Assembly: GCA_040772385.1 (NCBI GenBank)
Contig: JAXGYF010000001.1
Location: 6,701,049 to 6,765,048 of the forward strand
Source: Candidatus Vecturithrix sp.
GTDB lineage: Bacteria; Moduliflexota; Moduliflexia; Moduliflexales; Moduliflexaceae
Length of the DNA: 64,000 nt
Direction: 5' to 3'
Below the pieces are notes generated by a model, which did no database searches, was not told where the DNA came from, and saw nothing but the letters and a program-made list of their open reading frames with translations. Shown here piece by piece: positions 44,288 to 54,689 of the stretch. Within the stretch, counting starts at the first letter, position 1; each line of letters opens with the position of its first letter. Position numbers and translations under genes: made by a program.

Positions 44288-46714
44288 ATGGTTATTATTC
44301 TTCCGTTGAGTCATGAGCACATGGAGGCCCAGCGTTTTCCATACTTAACACTAGGAATAGTGCTCCTCAATGTCTTCTTCTATCTTATCACCCTGCTGAC
44401 AGCTCCTGCAACTCAGGAGGAACATGTTAGACATGAAATAGCGCTTGTTGAATATTATCTCTACCACCCGTATCTCGAACTACCTGATGAAACCTATCAG
44501 AAGCTTTCTCCGGGCAGCGCCCAGCAAATTGAAGTTATGAGACGCATGGAGCTTCCGGATACGCTCGGACAACTCAGCCAAAACCCGGCTCTTCTCAATG
44601 ACATTCTCCAGGATATGCAAGAAAATATGTGGAATGAAACTGAAGAAGAGCGGCAAGAACGTTTAGCCGAATTGCGCAGGCAAGAACAGGCCGAGCTTGA
44701 TCAACGGATTAAGGCCTTTGAACAGGCGTACCAAAATAGCTTTTATATCAAATATGGCTATATTCCCAGGCGAGGCGGCGTATTCACCATGTTCTCCTCC
44801 ATTTTTTTACATGGCGGCTTCTTTCATCTGCTTTTTAATATGCTCTTTCTCTGGCTTTCGGGTTGTAATATTGAAGATTTATGGGGGCGACTTGTTTATC
44901 CGATTTTTTATCTGACAGGGGGAATCCTGGCCACTCTGGCACATGGCATGATGTACCCGGAAAGTACGATACCTCTGATTGGCGCGTCAGGCGCGATTGC
45001 GGCCGCGATGGGCGCCTTTATGATTCGGATGTATGATACAAAAATTTATTTTGTCTATCTGATTTTTTTATTTCGTTTTATGAGAGGTCGCTTTAGTGCG
45101 CCAGCCTATATCATGCTGCCTTTATGGCTTTTGCAACAATTATGGGGTGTGGCAACCACCGGAGCATCAGGATCTGGTGTGGCGTTCTGGGCACATATTG
45201 GCGGTTTTATATTTGGTGCCTTTGTGGCCCTGTTGTTCAAAATGACCGGTTTTGAAGAAAAGATCCTGGCGCCAAACATTGAAAAGAAACTCACGGTGAT
45301 TGATGAACATCTGGCGGCCGGGATTGAAAAATTTCAAGAAGGCGATCTCGATGGTGCAATCAACGATCTCAAAACTACGTTACAACGTAACCCTGAAGAT
45401 CCGAATGCGTTGAGCGAACTCAGTAAGGCCTATTTTAAAAAGGGAGACCGCAAGCTCGCTATACGCGAATTCAAGCGCGCCGTCAATTTTTATATGAAAC
45501 GCGGTGAAATGGAAGAAGCCGTAGACCAATATCTGGAATTGAGCGCTGAAATGCCAGAACTGATGCTTGATCCTCCGCAGCAGATGAAAATCGCCAGCGC
45601 CCTGGAACAACGCGCCGTCAAAGAAGCTGATAAATACCCGGACACAAAAAAAACTCAGGGAAAAGAACACGACCTGTATGCTCAGGCGGCTTTAGCGTAT
45701 AGACAAATCGTGGCTCATTATCAACGCGGAGGAAAAGAGACCTTGAACCATCCTGACGCCATCAAGGCCTTGAGCCGTTATGGCGACCTTAATCTCTCTT
45801 TTCTGAAACAGCCCAAAGATGCCTGGAAAGCGTATCAGATCCTCATACGATCACCCCAACTCACTCCTGAACAAAAACAAAAAATACAGGCGCGAATTCA
45901 ATATGCGATGAAAATGGTCTCTGAGCAGGCCAAAGCCGAAGAACTCAAACAAGTGAAGCAAAAAATTGAAGCGACCCGGGCGCAACACGATCCGCAACAT
46001 GTCTCCCTCAAACCCCAAAATACCGCGCCAACGATCCCGATTCAAAAACGCCTGAAACTTGTGCCGGAAACCGATGCGCCTGCGAAGTATGATGTGCCTT
46101 CCGTAGCAGCCCTTGAAGCAAATAAAGTGCTCCCTGTTCCAGGCGGCATGGATTTAAAACGTTTATCAGAGCCGCCCCTGATGTTTGCTGATATTTACGT
46201 CATCTGCATCTTTCAACTCAAACAAGAAAGGCCCAAATCTGTTTCGACCTCCAGAAAAGGGAAAGGGAAACAAGAAACAAGTCTCTTCGTAAGTTCCCAG
46301 GAAATTTTGTTTGCCGATTTGTTTATGGCCGGAGAATCACGACCATATCGCATCGCGAGCAATCAAATTGTCTATCCCCAATTTTTGCGTAAACTTCATC
46401 GCAGTTCTCTGGATAATTTCCGCCAATTTATTTTTCACATTATCTCGCAATTATATTCGGTATATGTGGATCAGGCGACAATGGATTTCTTGCAATCAGG
46501 GAAAATCAAGGTATTTTCGGATCAAAACGAACTGGCCTTACATGAAAAGATTTTTTGGAAACAACTTAAAGGAGCAATCCGGTTTCAGTGTAATCACTGC
46601 GGCGAAGTGTACTGGATTGATGGCACGAAAATTCCCGCGGCCGGCGCCAAAACACAGTGCGTGCGCTGCCACAAATCGCTGTTTGTTACTCCCCCTGAGA
46701 AGACAACCGGATAA
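44288..46714 (+). CDS. rhomboid-family intramembrane protease fused to TPR-like repeats and a C-terminal CxxC...CxxC zinc ribbon
   Basis: GASGAIAAAMGAF (catalytic Ser) and HIGGFIFGAF (His); C-terminal CNHCGEVYWIDG...CVRCHKS. Confidence 0.65.
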   Translation: MVIILPLSHEHMEAQRFPYLTLGIVLLNVFFYLITLLTAPATQEEHVRHEIALVEYYLYHPYLELPDETYQKLSPGSAQQIEVMRRMELPDTLGQLSQNPALLNDILQDMQENMWNETEEERQERLAELRRQEQAELDQRIKAFEQAYQNSFYIKYGYIPRRGGVFTMFSSIFLHGGFFHLLFNMLFLWLSGCNIEDLWGRLVYPIFYLTGGILATLAHGMMYPESTIPLIGASGAIAAAMGAFMIRMYDTKIYFVYLIFLFRFMRGRFSAPAYIMLPLWLLQQLWGVATTGASGSGVAFWAHIGGFIFGAFVALLFKMTGFEEKILAPNIEKKLTVIDEHLAAGIEKFQEGDLDGAINDLKTTLQRNPEDPNALSELSKAYFKKGDRKLAIREFKRAVNFYMKRGEMEEAVDQYLELSAEMPELMLDPPQQMKIASALEQRAVKEADKYPDTKKTQGKEHDLYAQAALAYRQIVAHYQRGGKETLNHPDAIKALSRYGDLNLSFLKQPKDAWKAYQILIRSPQLTPEQKQKIQARIQYAMKMVSEQAKAEELKQVKQKIEATRAQHDPQHVSLKPQNTAPTIPIQKRLKLVPETDAPAKYDVPSVAALEANKVLPVPGGMDLKRLSEPPLMFADIYVICIFQLKQERPKSVSTSRKGKGKQETSLFVSSQEILFADLFMAGESRPYRIASNQIVYPQFLRKLHRSSLDNFRQFIFHIISQLYSVYVDQATMDFLQSGKIKVFSDQNELALHEKIFWKQLKGAIRFQCNHCGEVYWIDGTKIPAAGAKTQCVRCHKSLFVTPPEKTTG

Positions 46715-47108
46715 TTAGCGAGGGCTGTTAAGTTTTTGCCCCCTCAGTCCCCCGCAGGCGCTGATAAGGGTAGGTCTGTTTGCTGATGCCTCGCCCGCCC
46801 AGCCATCAATGGCCGATTTCACAGCTGAAGCAGGCTGAAGCCTGCGGCTGAATGTCAGAGGGCGCTTCTGCCTGGCAGACAGGTCAGCGTCCTGTCGCTT
46901 TGAGACTGGCGATTGATCGCCAGGAGACAGGGCACACGAGCTTGTCTCTCACGTTATACCTACCCCTCTCAGCCCCGCAGGCGGGGGAAGTCGATCCGCT
47001 TCCTCCACTTGCGGGGTGATTGAGTCAACTGTCCCTCCGAGACGAAATCCTTCGCTTGATGCGTATGGGATTGAGGGGGGTGCGTAACATGAGTTAGTTA
47101 CGCGTATC
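46715..47108. other. 394-bp GC-rich ORF-free convergent intergenic region with repeated CCCCTCAGTCCCC-GCAGGCG stem-loop motifs; possible structured ncRNA or repeat cluster
   Basis: No ORF of 60 aa or more in six frames; two copies of the CCCCTC(T)CAG(T)CCCCGCAGGCG motif (46741, 46963) plus a GCGTAAC...GTTACGC hairpin at 47070. Confidence 0.35.
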
Positions 47109-47723
47109 TTATTTTTTCACCAGTTTTGCCGCAATTGTGGCGACATGTTTGCCTTGAAATCTGGCTGCGGCAAGCTCAACCTCTGAGGGCTGGCGTTCGC
47201 CTTGCGCGCCTGCAATGGTTGATGCACCATAGGGCGAGCCGCCTTTGACTTCTTCAACCCCCATCTGCCCCTGGAAAGAGTAGGGTAAACCAACGATCAC
47301 CATTCCGTGGTGCAGCAAGGTAATATGGAATGAGAGAATCGTTGATTCCTGTCCGCCATGCTGTGTCGCACTGCTGGTGAACACGCTGCCGACTTTGCCA
47401 ACCAATGAGCCTTTGGCCCATAACTGACCGGTCGCGTCCAGAAATTGGCGCATTTGACCAATCATATTGCCGAAACGAGTCGGTGTGCCAAAGATGATCG
47501 CATCAGCCTGCGTCAGTTCGTCAACCGTACACTCCGGAATGTGCGCAAAAACTTTTTGCGCTTCAATGGCTCCCTGTTTCTGCAGAATATCTTGCGACAG
47601 GGTTTCCGGGGCTCGCCGCAGTTCAACCTCAGCTCCGGGAACTTCTTTCACACCTTCGGCGACCGCTTCGGCCATTTTGTAGATATGTCCATACGTCGAA
47701 TAAAAAACAATTAACACTTTCAT
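47109..47723 (-). CDS. wrbA: NAD(P)H:quinone oxidoreductase, WrbA-type flavodoxin-like protein
   Basis: [13 protein letters not shown] start behind AGGAGG; flavodoxin-like fold pattern. Confidence 0.75.
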   Translation of the reverse strand: MKVLIVFYSTYGHIYKMAEAVAEGVKEVPGAEVELRRAPETLSQDILQKQGAIEAQKVFAHIPECTVDELTQADAIIFGTPTRFGNMIGQMRQFLDATGQLWAKGSLVGKVGSVFTSSATQHGGQESTILSFHITLLHHGMVIVGLPYSFQGQMGVEEVKGGSPYGASTIAGAQGERQPSEVELAAARFQGKHVATIAAKLVKK

Positions 47724-47893
47724 ATTTCTGTTCCTCCTGGAAATAATGAGAACATGGACAGCCATCTTTAAGCTGGCTTTCATATACACTCAAATGTCGT
47801 CAATTCATTGCCAAAACAACAATCTTTGAAATCCTTGTTGTTATTTATGGCATCATTCCAGGCGACCGTTTGTCAAGAGCCGCTTTGCACTTT

Positions 47894-49738
47894 TCATGCG
47901 GCTAACTTCCGTTTATTGGCCTGGCGGCGAGCATATTCGTTAAGATCCTTTTTACGCAGACGGATATGTTTGGGCGTCACTTCCACCAGTTCGTCATCCT
48001 CAATAAATTCGAGGGCAAATTCCAGGGTAATGTCACGCACCGGGATAAGTTGAATCGCGTCATCTGATCCGGCCGCGCGGATATTCGTGAGTTTTTTCTC
48101 TCGCTGCGCATTGACGACCAGATCGTTCCCTTTGTTATTGACGCCGATAATCATGCCTTCATATAAATCCTCGCCGGGACGGATAAAAATTTCACCGCGA
48201 TCCTGAAGTCCCCACAACGCATAGGCGACTGCCGGCCCTTCCTGTTGGGAGATCATCACTCCAGGCTGGCGACGAGGGAGTTCCCCTTTATATTTCTGAT
48301 ATTTATAGAAGTTTTGATACATAATTCCTGTGCCGCGCGTCATGGTCAAAAACTCTCCGCGAAATCCGATTAAGGCGCGAGACGCTGCCAGAAATTCCAG
48401 GCGAATCGTACCAACTGTACTGACTTGCATGGTGCGCAATTCTGCCTGACGATTTCCCATCGCCTGAATAACCGCGCCCTGGTACCCCTGATCGACTTCA
48501 ATAAAGACCTCTTCAACTGGTTCGAGCACTTCATTGCTCATAATTTTTAAGATCACTTGTGGGCGGGAAACCTCCATTTCGTAACCTTCCCGACGCATGG
48601 TTTCAATCAAAATCGAAAGATGGAGTTCCCCACGGCCGGAGACTTTGAAACTCTCACGTCCTTCGAGTTCTTCGACCCTGATGCCGACATTCATCATGGC
48701 TTCATGCTGCAACCGGTCGCGTAAATGACGCGAAGTCAAGAAACGTCCGCCGTCTTTTCCGGCAAAGGGACTGGTATTGTGCGAGAAATTCATTGAAATC
48801 GTGGGTTCGTCAATGTTGATTGTTTTCAATGCAACCGGATTTTGGGCGGCTGCCAAGGTTTCTCCCACTTTCACATCGTCAATTCCGGCAATTGATACAA
48901 TATCGCCGGCTTCACCGCTTTCGGCCTCAATACGCCGGAGACCCTGGTATTTGAGAATTTTCGTGACGCGGCCACGCTTTACATCGCCGTTGCGTTTCAC
49001 CAACGCGATTGTCTCGCTGACTTTCACCCGTCCATGAACAATTCGACCGATAGAAATCCGGCCGATATAGGAATCGTAATCTAACATAGTGACTAACATT
49101 TGAAAAGGTTCGGCCGGATCAGCAACTGGCGGAAGAACACGGTGGATCATGGTTTCCAACAGGGGTTTCATATCTTGCGGCTCGTCATCCAGATCAAGAG
49201 TGGCTGTTCCGTCTTTTGCTGACGCAAACACAATAGGAAAATCAAGCTGCTCATCGGTGGCATTTAACTCGCAGAATAGATCAAAGGTCAAATCTACAAC
49301 TTCATGCGGACGTGCCTGGGGTCGATCGATCTTATTAACGACTAGAATCGGTTTCAGATGTAATTCCAGGGATTTTCGCAATACAAATTTTGTCTGCGGC
49401 ATCGGTCCTTCAAAGGCGTCTACCAAAAGGAGCACACCATCTACCATGCGTAAAATTCGTTCGACCTCGCTGCCGAAATCCGCGTGTCCCGGTGTGTCAA
49501 CAATATTAATCTGAATATCTTTATATTTCAAAGAGGCATTTTTCGAGAAAATGGTAATGCCTCGCTCCTTTTCTATCGGATTGGAATCCATAATCGTGGC
49601 TTCGCCGTCTTTAAAGTGGTATGCTCCTGTCTGTTTTAACAGAGCGTCAACCAGCGTGGTTTTGCCATGATCAACATGTGCAATAATCGCAATATTACGG
49701 ACATCTTTACGTCGTTTTTGGTTTGGCAAAGTTCTCAA
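47894..49738 (-). CDS. typA: translational GTPase TypA/BipA
   Basis: NIAIIAHVDHGKTTLVD, DTPGHADF, NKIDR G-motifs and overall BipA length. Confidence 0.85.
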   Translation of the reverse strand: MRTLPNQKRRKDVRNIAIIAHVDHGKTTLVDALLKQTGAYHFKDGEATIMDSNPIEKERGITIFSKNASLKYKDIQINIVDTPGHADFGSEVERILRMVDGVLLLVDAFEGPMPQTKFVLRKSLELHLKPILVVNKIDRPQARPHEVVDLTFDLFCELNATDEQLDFPIVFASAKDGTATLDLDDEPQDMKPLLETMIHRVLPPVADPAEPFQMLVTMLDYDSYIGRISIGRIVHGRVKVSETIALVKRNGDVKRGRVTKILKYQGLRRIEAESGEAGDIVSIAGIDDVKVGETLAAAQNPVALKTINIDEPTISMNFSHNTSPFAGKDGGRFLTSRHLRDRLQHEAMMNVGIRVEELEGRESFKVSGRGELHLSILIETMRREGYEMEVSRPQVILKIMSNEVLEPVEEVFIEVDQGYQGAVIQAMGNRQAELRTMQVSTVGTIRLEFLAASRALIGFRGEFLTMTRGTGIMYQNFYKYQKYKGELPRRQPGVMISQQEGPAVAYALWGLQDRGEIFIRPGEDLYEGMIIGVNNKGNDLVVNAQREKKLTNIRAAGSDDAIQLIPVRDITLEFALEFIEDDELVEVTPKHIRLRKKDLNEYARRQANKRKLAA

Positions 49739-49744
49739 GCGAGT

Positions 49745-49858
49745 TCAAGGGACTCAAAGGACTAAAGTTGAAGAAATTTATACGCGGCTAACGTTCGAGG
49801 AGAGATCTTCAACTTTCGCTCCTGGTGTCACTTGCGTCCTTTGTGTCCCTTGAACTGC
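49745..49858. repeat. Nested compound hairpin (AGTTCAAGGGACTCAAAGGAC...GTCCTTTGTGTCCCTTGAACT with inner AAGTTGAAGA...TCTTCAACTT) between deaD and typA; related copy at 39822-39878
   Basis: Read from sequence. Confidence 0.45.
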
Positions 49859-49859
49859 A

Positions 49860-51608
49860 CTACTTTTTCTTTCGGGATCGTTGACGATGAGAAGAAGGTT
49901 TTTGGTCTTTCTTCTTCGTGTTGTTTGATTGCAGGGAGGGATCTTCCTGAGCGATTTGGACAACTACCTCACGGCTATTATATTCAATGCCTTTGAATCC
50001 GGAGAGAATGGTATGCGTAAACCGTTCATCTGCCTCAAAAAAAGAAAAGGATTTCATAAGATCGATCCGGCCTATTTCAATATCACGTTTACGGGTACAA
50101 CGATTAATCAGACCGATCAGATCGCGCGGACTTACGCTGTCTTTAAAGCCCAAATTGATAAAGAAACGCGTAAATCCTTTTTCTGCTACGCGATTCTCAC
50201 TACGTCTGTCGCCACGCCTGTCTGTATGTTTATCGGAAAAATCTTTTTTCTTACGAGCTTTGCGCTCCTGGGGTTCTTCTGGCGGATTCAGATCTTTAAT
50301 ATCTTTGTAATAATCGAGAAAACGATTAAATTCCAGGGAAACAAAATGTTTCATCAGGTCCTCACGACTTAACCATGCAAGTTTTTCATAGACAGCCGGG
50401 AGAAATTTATCAATCGCCTTATGATCGACCTCGATTTTTTCCAATTTATCTACCAGGTACAGTACTTGTTTCTCACAGACTTCATCGCCGCTGGGAACTA
50501 TCTTCATGGTAAATTTCTTTTTGAGTTTGGCTTCAATGTGCTTGATTTTATATTTTTCTTTTAAATTGACGATGGCAATCGAGATTCCTTCCTGTCCGGC
50601 TCGTCCGGTACGTCCGCTGCGGTGGATATAAATATCGTTTTCATCAGGGAGATTATAGTTGATGATGTGGGTAATATCTTTCACGTCGAGTCCGCGCGCC
50701 GCAACATCCGTGGCAACAAGCATTTGCAAGTGTTTGATACGAAATTTGTGCATCACGGTTTCACGCTGGGCCTGCGACAGATCACCGTGCAATGCGTCAG
50801 CGTTATAACCATCTTGCATAAGTTTTTCCGCAATGTCTTTGGTTTCTTGTCGGGTGCGGCAAAAAATGATGCCGTAGATTTCCGGATGGATGTCCACAAT
50901 ACGTTTCAGGGCTAAGTAGCGGTCTTTAGAATGGACAGGATAACAGAAGTGTTCCACATTTTCCGCGCCCGCGTTGCGGGGACCAACGGCGATTTCACGC
51001 GGGTTGCGCATATAATTTTTGGAAATTCTCAGCACCTCGGCTGGCATGGTTGCGGAAAATAACAAAGTGTTTTTTGAGGGCGGCGTCTGTTCCAGAATCG
51101 CATCCAGTTCCTCTTTAAAGCCCATATCCAGCATTTCATCCGCTTCATCCAGCACGACGGTGCGCACATCATCAAGATGAACCGCTTTGCGTTTGTTGAG
51201 CAAATCGTTCATGCGCCCGGGGGTGGCCACAATAATATGTGCTCCTTTCTTCAGGGCTTTGCGCTGTCGTTCAATATCGGCACCGCCATAGACGGCCACA
51301 ATCTGAATATCTGGCAGATATTTGGCAAAATTTTTCAAATCACCGACAATTTGCAGACAAAGTTCCCGGGTTGGCGCAAGAATAAGGGCCTGAGGGGTTG
51401 TTTTGGCAGCATCAACCTGTTGGATGATGGGTAAGCCAAAGGCCGCCGTTTTGCCGGTGCCTGTCTGCGCAAGTCCAATCAAATCGCCTTCTGTCTCCAA
51501 TAACACAGGGATTACCTGTTCTTGAATGGGCATCGGCTCGTCAAAGCCAAGTTCCTGAATGCCCTTCATTACCTCGGGCATAATCCCGAGTTCCTCAAAT
51601 GTTCTCAT
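49860..51608 (-). CDS. deaD: DEAD-box ATP-dependent RNA helicase (DeaD/CsdA-like) with DbpA-type C-terminal domain and basic tail
   Basis: AQTGTGKTAAF, DEADEML, SAT and HRSGRTGRAG motifs. Confidence 0.85.
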   Translation of the reverse strand: MRTFEELGIMPEVMKGIQELGFDEPMPIQEQVIPVLLETEGDLIGLAQTGTGKTAAFGLPIIQQVDAAKTTPQALILAPTRELCLQIVGDLKNFAKYLPDIQIVAVYGGADIERQRKALKKGAHIIVATPGRMNDLLNKRKAVHLDDVRTVVLDEADEMLDMGFKEELDAILEQTPPSKNTLLFSATMPAEVLRISKNYMRNPREIAVGPRNAGAENVEHFCYPVHSKDRYLALKRIVDIHPEIYGIIFCRTRQETKDIAEKLMQDGYNADALHGDLSQAQRETVMHKFRIKHLQMLVATDVAARGLDVKDITHIINYNLPDENDIYIHRSGRTGRAGQEGISIAIVNLKEKYKIKHIEAKLKKKFTMKIVPSGDEVCEKQVLYLVDKLEKIEVDHKAIDKFLPAVYEKLAWLSREDLMKHFVSLEFNRFLDYYKDIKDLNPPEEPQERKARKKKDFSDKHTDRRGDRRSENRVAEKGFTRFFINLGFKDSVSPRDLIGLINRCTRKRDIEIGRIDLMKSFSFFEADERFTHTILSGFKGIEYNSREVVVQIAQEDPSLQSNNTKKKDQKPSSHRQRSRKKK

Positions 51609-51746
51609 GAATATATCCTTTTTGATCTGGCACAGTTCTTTCTTTCGAAAAATTCCAACTTATGTGGCGTTAATAACGGGGGGTGCAAAGAAAAGGGCAT
51701 CCCATCTTGTCCAGACGAGATGCCCCGGGTTCAGAAATGATAAAAA

Positions 51747-51947
51747 TTAGATCCGTTTTACGTTCTGGGCAGCAGGGCCTTTTTGGCCTGCCCCAACATC
51801 AAAACTGACACGATCACCCTCAGAAAGAGATTTAAACCCCGAATTCAGAATGGCGGAATAATGGACAAAAATGTCCTCCCCATTATCTTGTTCAATAAAC
51901 CCATACCCCTTTTGATCATTAAACCATTTTACTGTTCCTTGTGCCAC
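51747..51947 (-). CDS. cspA: cold-shock protein (CspA family)
   Basis: [15 protein letters not shown] and [12 protein letters not shown] motifs. Confidence 0.9.
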   Translation of the reverse strand: MAQGTVKWFNDQKGYGFIEQDNGEDIFVHYSAILNSGFKSLSEGDRVSFDVGAGQKGPAAQNVKRI

Positions 51948-52205
51948 AATCGTACTCTCCTACAAAAAATGTCTATAATCTTACGTGACTTACAACAAAA
52001 AGCCTGCGTTTTTGAAAAGAGGGTGATCCTTCTGAACACCAGCAATTTACAAACAACTGACAAGCTATATTTTATTGATAAAATTATTATAAAAATTGTC
52101 AAGCAAAAAGAGATGAAGTTCTCACTATTTTCAATCAATAATGAAAAATCATTGTATTTCAGATAAATTCAGGCAAGTCAGATCAGAATAAACACAATTC
52201 TCTGT
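51948..52205 (-). promoter_or_regulatory. long AT-rich 5' region of the csp gene (candidate cold-shock-type 5' UTR/promoter)
   Basis: About 250 bp AT-rich, ORF-poor region upstream of cspA; inferred by analogy to long cspA leaders. Confidence 0.3.
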
Positions 52206-52357
52206 AGCTCGTAAAAACCGGGTTTTTGTTTTTTGAAAGAATTTGTCTGGACATACTGGACATTCTCATATTTGTTTTGCTTTTCCAATCAAATGCTGAT
52301 TTTTTCACAGTTTACCTTTACTACCCGTACTTGCCACAGGAGGAGCCATTCCTCATG

Positions 52358-53040
52358 CAAGGACAGCAGCACACTCCGGATTGGATTGGAGCCAGTACAT
52401 TGCTTTATGAGGCCCTGGATCAATATCGGCAACAGCAGCATTATGCTTCATTCCCCCGCGTTGTGGACGAGGTTTATCAACTATATTGAACGACATAGCG
52501 ATTGAATCCTTGCAGCCGGAACAGGAAGATGGCGCGGCGAACGTGATCGAACATATAGAAGAGCACATTTGTCAACGTCCGGCGTATGCCTTACAAACCG
52601 CCACGATGTTCTGTAAACCGGGTGGGTTCGGACAAATTTTATTCTGGTGGGGACTTGCGACGATGTCTTGCGCCTGGCAAAGATGGAGCTGGATTTTGCG
52701 ATAGCGCAACATTCTCCGAAGCTTATTGGAGACTCAGCGTTAAATTTCATAGCCCTGATCCATGCAAAACGGCGTAATTTTGATGAGACCGATCGCTATA
52801 TCGGCTTGTGTTTGGAGCAAAACATCACATTTCAAGATCCCTGGCTGAGTGCGCTCATTGATGCGACTCGCGGTTTTGTTTACCGCCGCCGAACTGCATT
52901 GCGAACTGGCTCTGGTTGAGCCTCTAGCCGGAAACAGGGAGCTGGCCTCTATGTATGACGAGAAATCCACCAGCATCTCCGAACAGCTTGGTATGACCCA
53001 CATCCTTTCCTCGTGCCATAGTTTTAAGATCATTCAATAG
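52358..53040 (+). pseudogene. possible frameshifted gene (four consecutive frame-switching ORFs, helical/TPR-like content)
   Basis: ORFs 52226-52489, 52486-52704, 52647-52919 and 52849-53040 abut or overlap in three different frames. AGGAGG RBS precedes the ATG at 52358. Confidence 0.3.
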
Positions 53041-53240
53041 ATGAAACAGCAAGGAACCTGGTGAATCTTACAATCAGAAGTTTACAGTTCATAACAGAAA
53101 AAGGAGTGATGCTCCAATGGAACGAATACAGGTTTTAGAACATGGATGTGAGTACATGTGAGGTTAAAGAACCTAGCGAATAGCTGATAAGAATTTTAAC
53201 TGGAATGACGAGAAAAGTCGAATCATTGAGTAGATAAATC

Positions 53241-54167
53241 CTACCCACCAATGTTTGCATGAAGGTTATAATCTTCGAATATTTCTGCCAGAGTTTTTAC
53301 CTCTGCTTCTGTCAGGCGTTGATACTGTTCCCAGGGATACGAGCGCTGTAAGGCCGCGTATTTGGGTTTGCCTAAGGTATGATAGGGGAGCAGATCAATA
53401 CGCTTTGCCGCGCCGGGTAGATGCCTTACAAATTCAGCCATTTGCGTGATACTCTCAATTGAAGCATTGAATCCGGGGATCAGCGGAATTCTGATCGTGA
53501 CCGGGGCATCGAGTTCGCTCAGGCGACGCAGATTGGCAAGAATGCGCTCATTGCTCACGCTCGTAAATTTGCGGTGAATGTCATCATCCACATGCTTCAG
53601 ATCCCATAAGATAGTATCAAGATAAGGTAACAGGCGTTCCAATGTCGGCCATTCGGCATAGCCGCAGGTTTCCATGGCTGTAGAGAGATGTTCTGCTTTT
53701 GCCAGACGTAACAAAGCCTCAGCCATCTGCGGCTGCATGGTTGGTTCGCCGCCGGTGAGAGTCAGGCCGCCGCCATCGCCGTAAAAGGGACGGTCACGCA
53801 GCACTTCCTGCATGATTTCGCCTGCGCTGCGGCGTTTGCCAATCCAATGGATTGCTTCGGTAGGGCATAGCGCAATTCTTTCCTGAAATACTTCGGTGCG
53901 CTCTTTTGATCCAACTTGCTGCCAGAGCACAGGACAGGACTCCGAAAATTGCCCGCAGTTGATGCACTGCCCGACAAACAGCGCGATTTCCGGCTGTGGA
54001 TACAGCGATTCAGGATTGGCGCACCAGCGACAGCGCAGCGGACAGCCTTTGAAAAAAACATTGGTGCGTAAACCAGGACCATCGTGAACGGAATAGCGTT
54101 GAATATCGAAAATAATACCTTCAATCTGTTCCAATTTTATGCGTTCTGAGAGAGTGAGTTGGTTCAT
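53241..54167 (-). CDS. glycyl-radical enzyme activating protein (radical SAM, with extra Cys-rich ferredoxin-like insert)
   Basis: CPLRCRWCANPES radical-SAM cluster motif, additional CINCGQFSESCP cluster, GGEPTMQ. Confidence 0.85.
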   Translation of the reverse strand: MNQLTLSERIKLEQIEGIIFDIQRYSVHDGPGLRTNVFFKGCPLRCRWCANPESLYPQPEIALFVGQCINCGQFSESCPVLWQQVGSKERTEVFQERIALCPTEAIHWIGKRRSAGEIMQEVLRDRPFYGDGGGLTLTGGEPTMQPQMAEALLRLAKAEHLSTAMETCGYAEWPTLERLLPYLDTILWDLKHVDDDIHRKFTSVSNERILANLRRLSELDAPVTIRIPLIPGFNASIESITQMAEFVRHLPGAAKRIDLLPYHTLGKPKYAALQRSYPWEQYQRLTEAEVKTLAEIFEDYNLHANIGG

Positions 54168-54175
54168 ACCACAAG

Positions 54176-54208
54176 AAAAACCAGGTTTCTTGAAGAAACC
54201 TGGTTTTT
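54176..54208. repeat. PRE-family palindrome (AAAAACCAGGTTTCTTGAAGAAACCTGGTTTTT) ending 8 nt before the activase start codon, in place of an SD
   Basis: Read from sequence. Confidence 0.6.
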
Positions 54209-54214
54209 AGGTCG

Positions 54215-54559
54215 TTACGAGGTTTGATACACGTCATAGGTGTCGGTGGCTTCTATTGGAAAGTCCATTACCAGGACGTTATCCGGGCTGCCATCGAGTA
54301 CCTTACGCATAAATTCCTGCGCTTTTTTATGCTCAGGATGAGGCAGATAAACGTCTCGCGTTTGCTCATCAGCAAAATCCATGGTAAATCCGTGCGTATA
54401 TCCTCTGGCCAAACCTTCAGGACTATTGTTTGCGCCTCCTTCAAACGCCAGAATGCCCGGAATATGTTCTTGTAAAGCGGCCAGGGCCGCAAACATCGCT
54501 TCAATATCCTTCTGTGACGCCTTTGCCTGGCATTTCATCAGCACGATATGTCGGATCAT
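54215..54559 (-). CDS. Dabb (stress-responsive dimeric alpha/beta barrel) domain protein
   Basis: About 114 aa; Dabb-like pattern (IRHIVLMK...FEGGAN...). Confidence 0.6.
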   Translation of the reverse strand: MIRHIVLMKCQAKASQKDIEAMFAALAALQEHIPGILAFEGGANNSPEGLARGYTHGFTMDFADEQTRDVYLPHPEHKKAQEFMRKVLDGSPDNVLVMDFPIEATDTYDVYQTS

Positions 54560-54584
54560 AATTCGTATTCTCCTTTGAAACTAT

Positions 54585-54682
54585 AGGAACGAAGATAAGC
54601 AAGAACCATATCTCAGGCACATTCTTGCTTATCTCCCTTCTTGTAGTTTCATTGTGTCAGGTGAGCGTTTCGCTCATGACAT
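54585..54682 (-). promoter_or_regulatory. Family-L structured leader 5' of the Dabb gene
   Basis: GAAACTATAGG...AAGCAAGAACC...GGTTCTTGCTT...CTTGTAGTTTCATTGTGTCAGGTGAGCGTTTCGCTCATGAC. Confidence 0.55.
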
Positions 54683-54689
54683 CTCCTAT

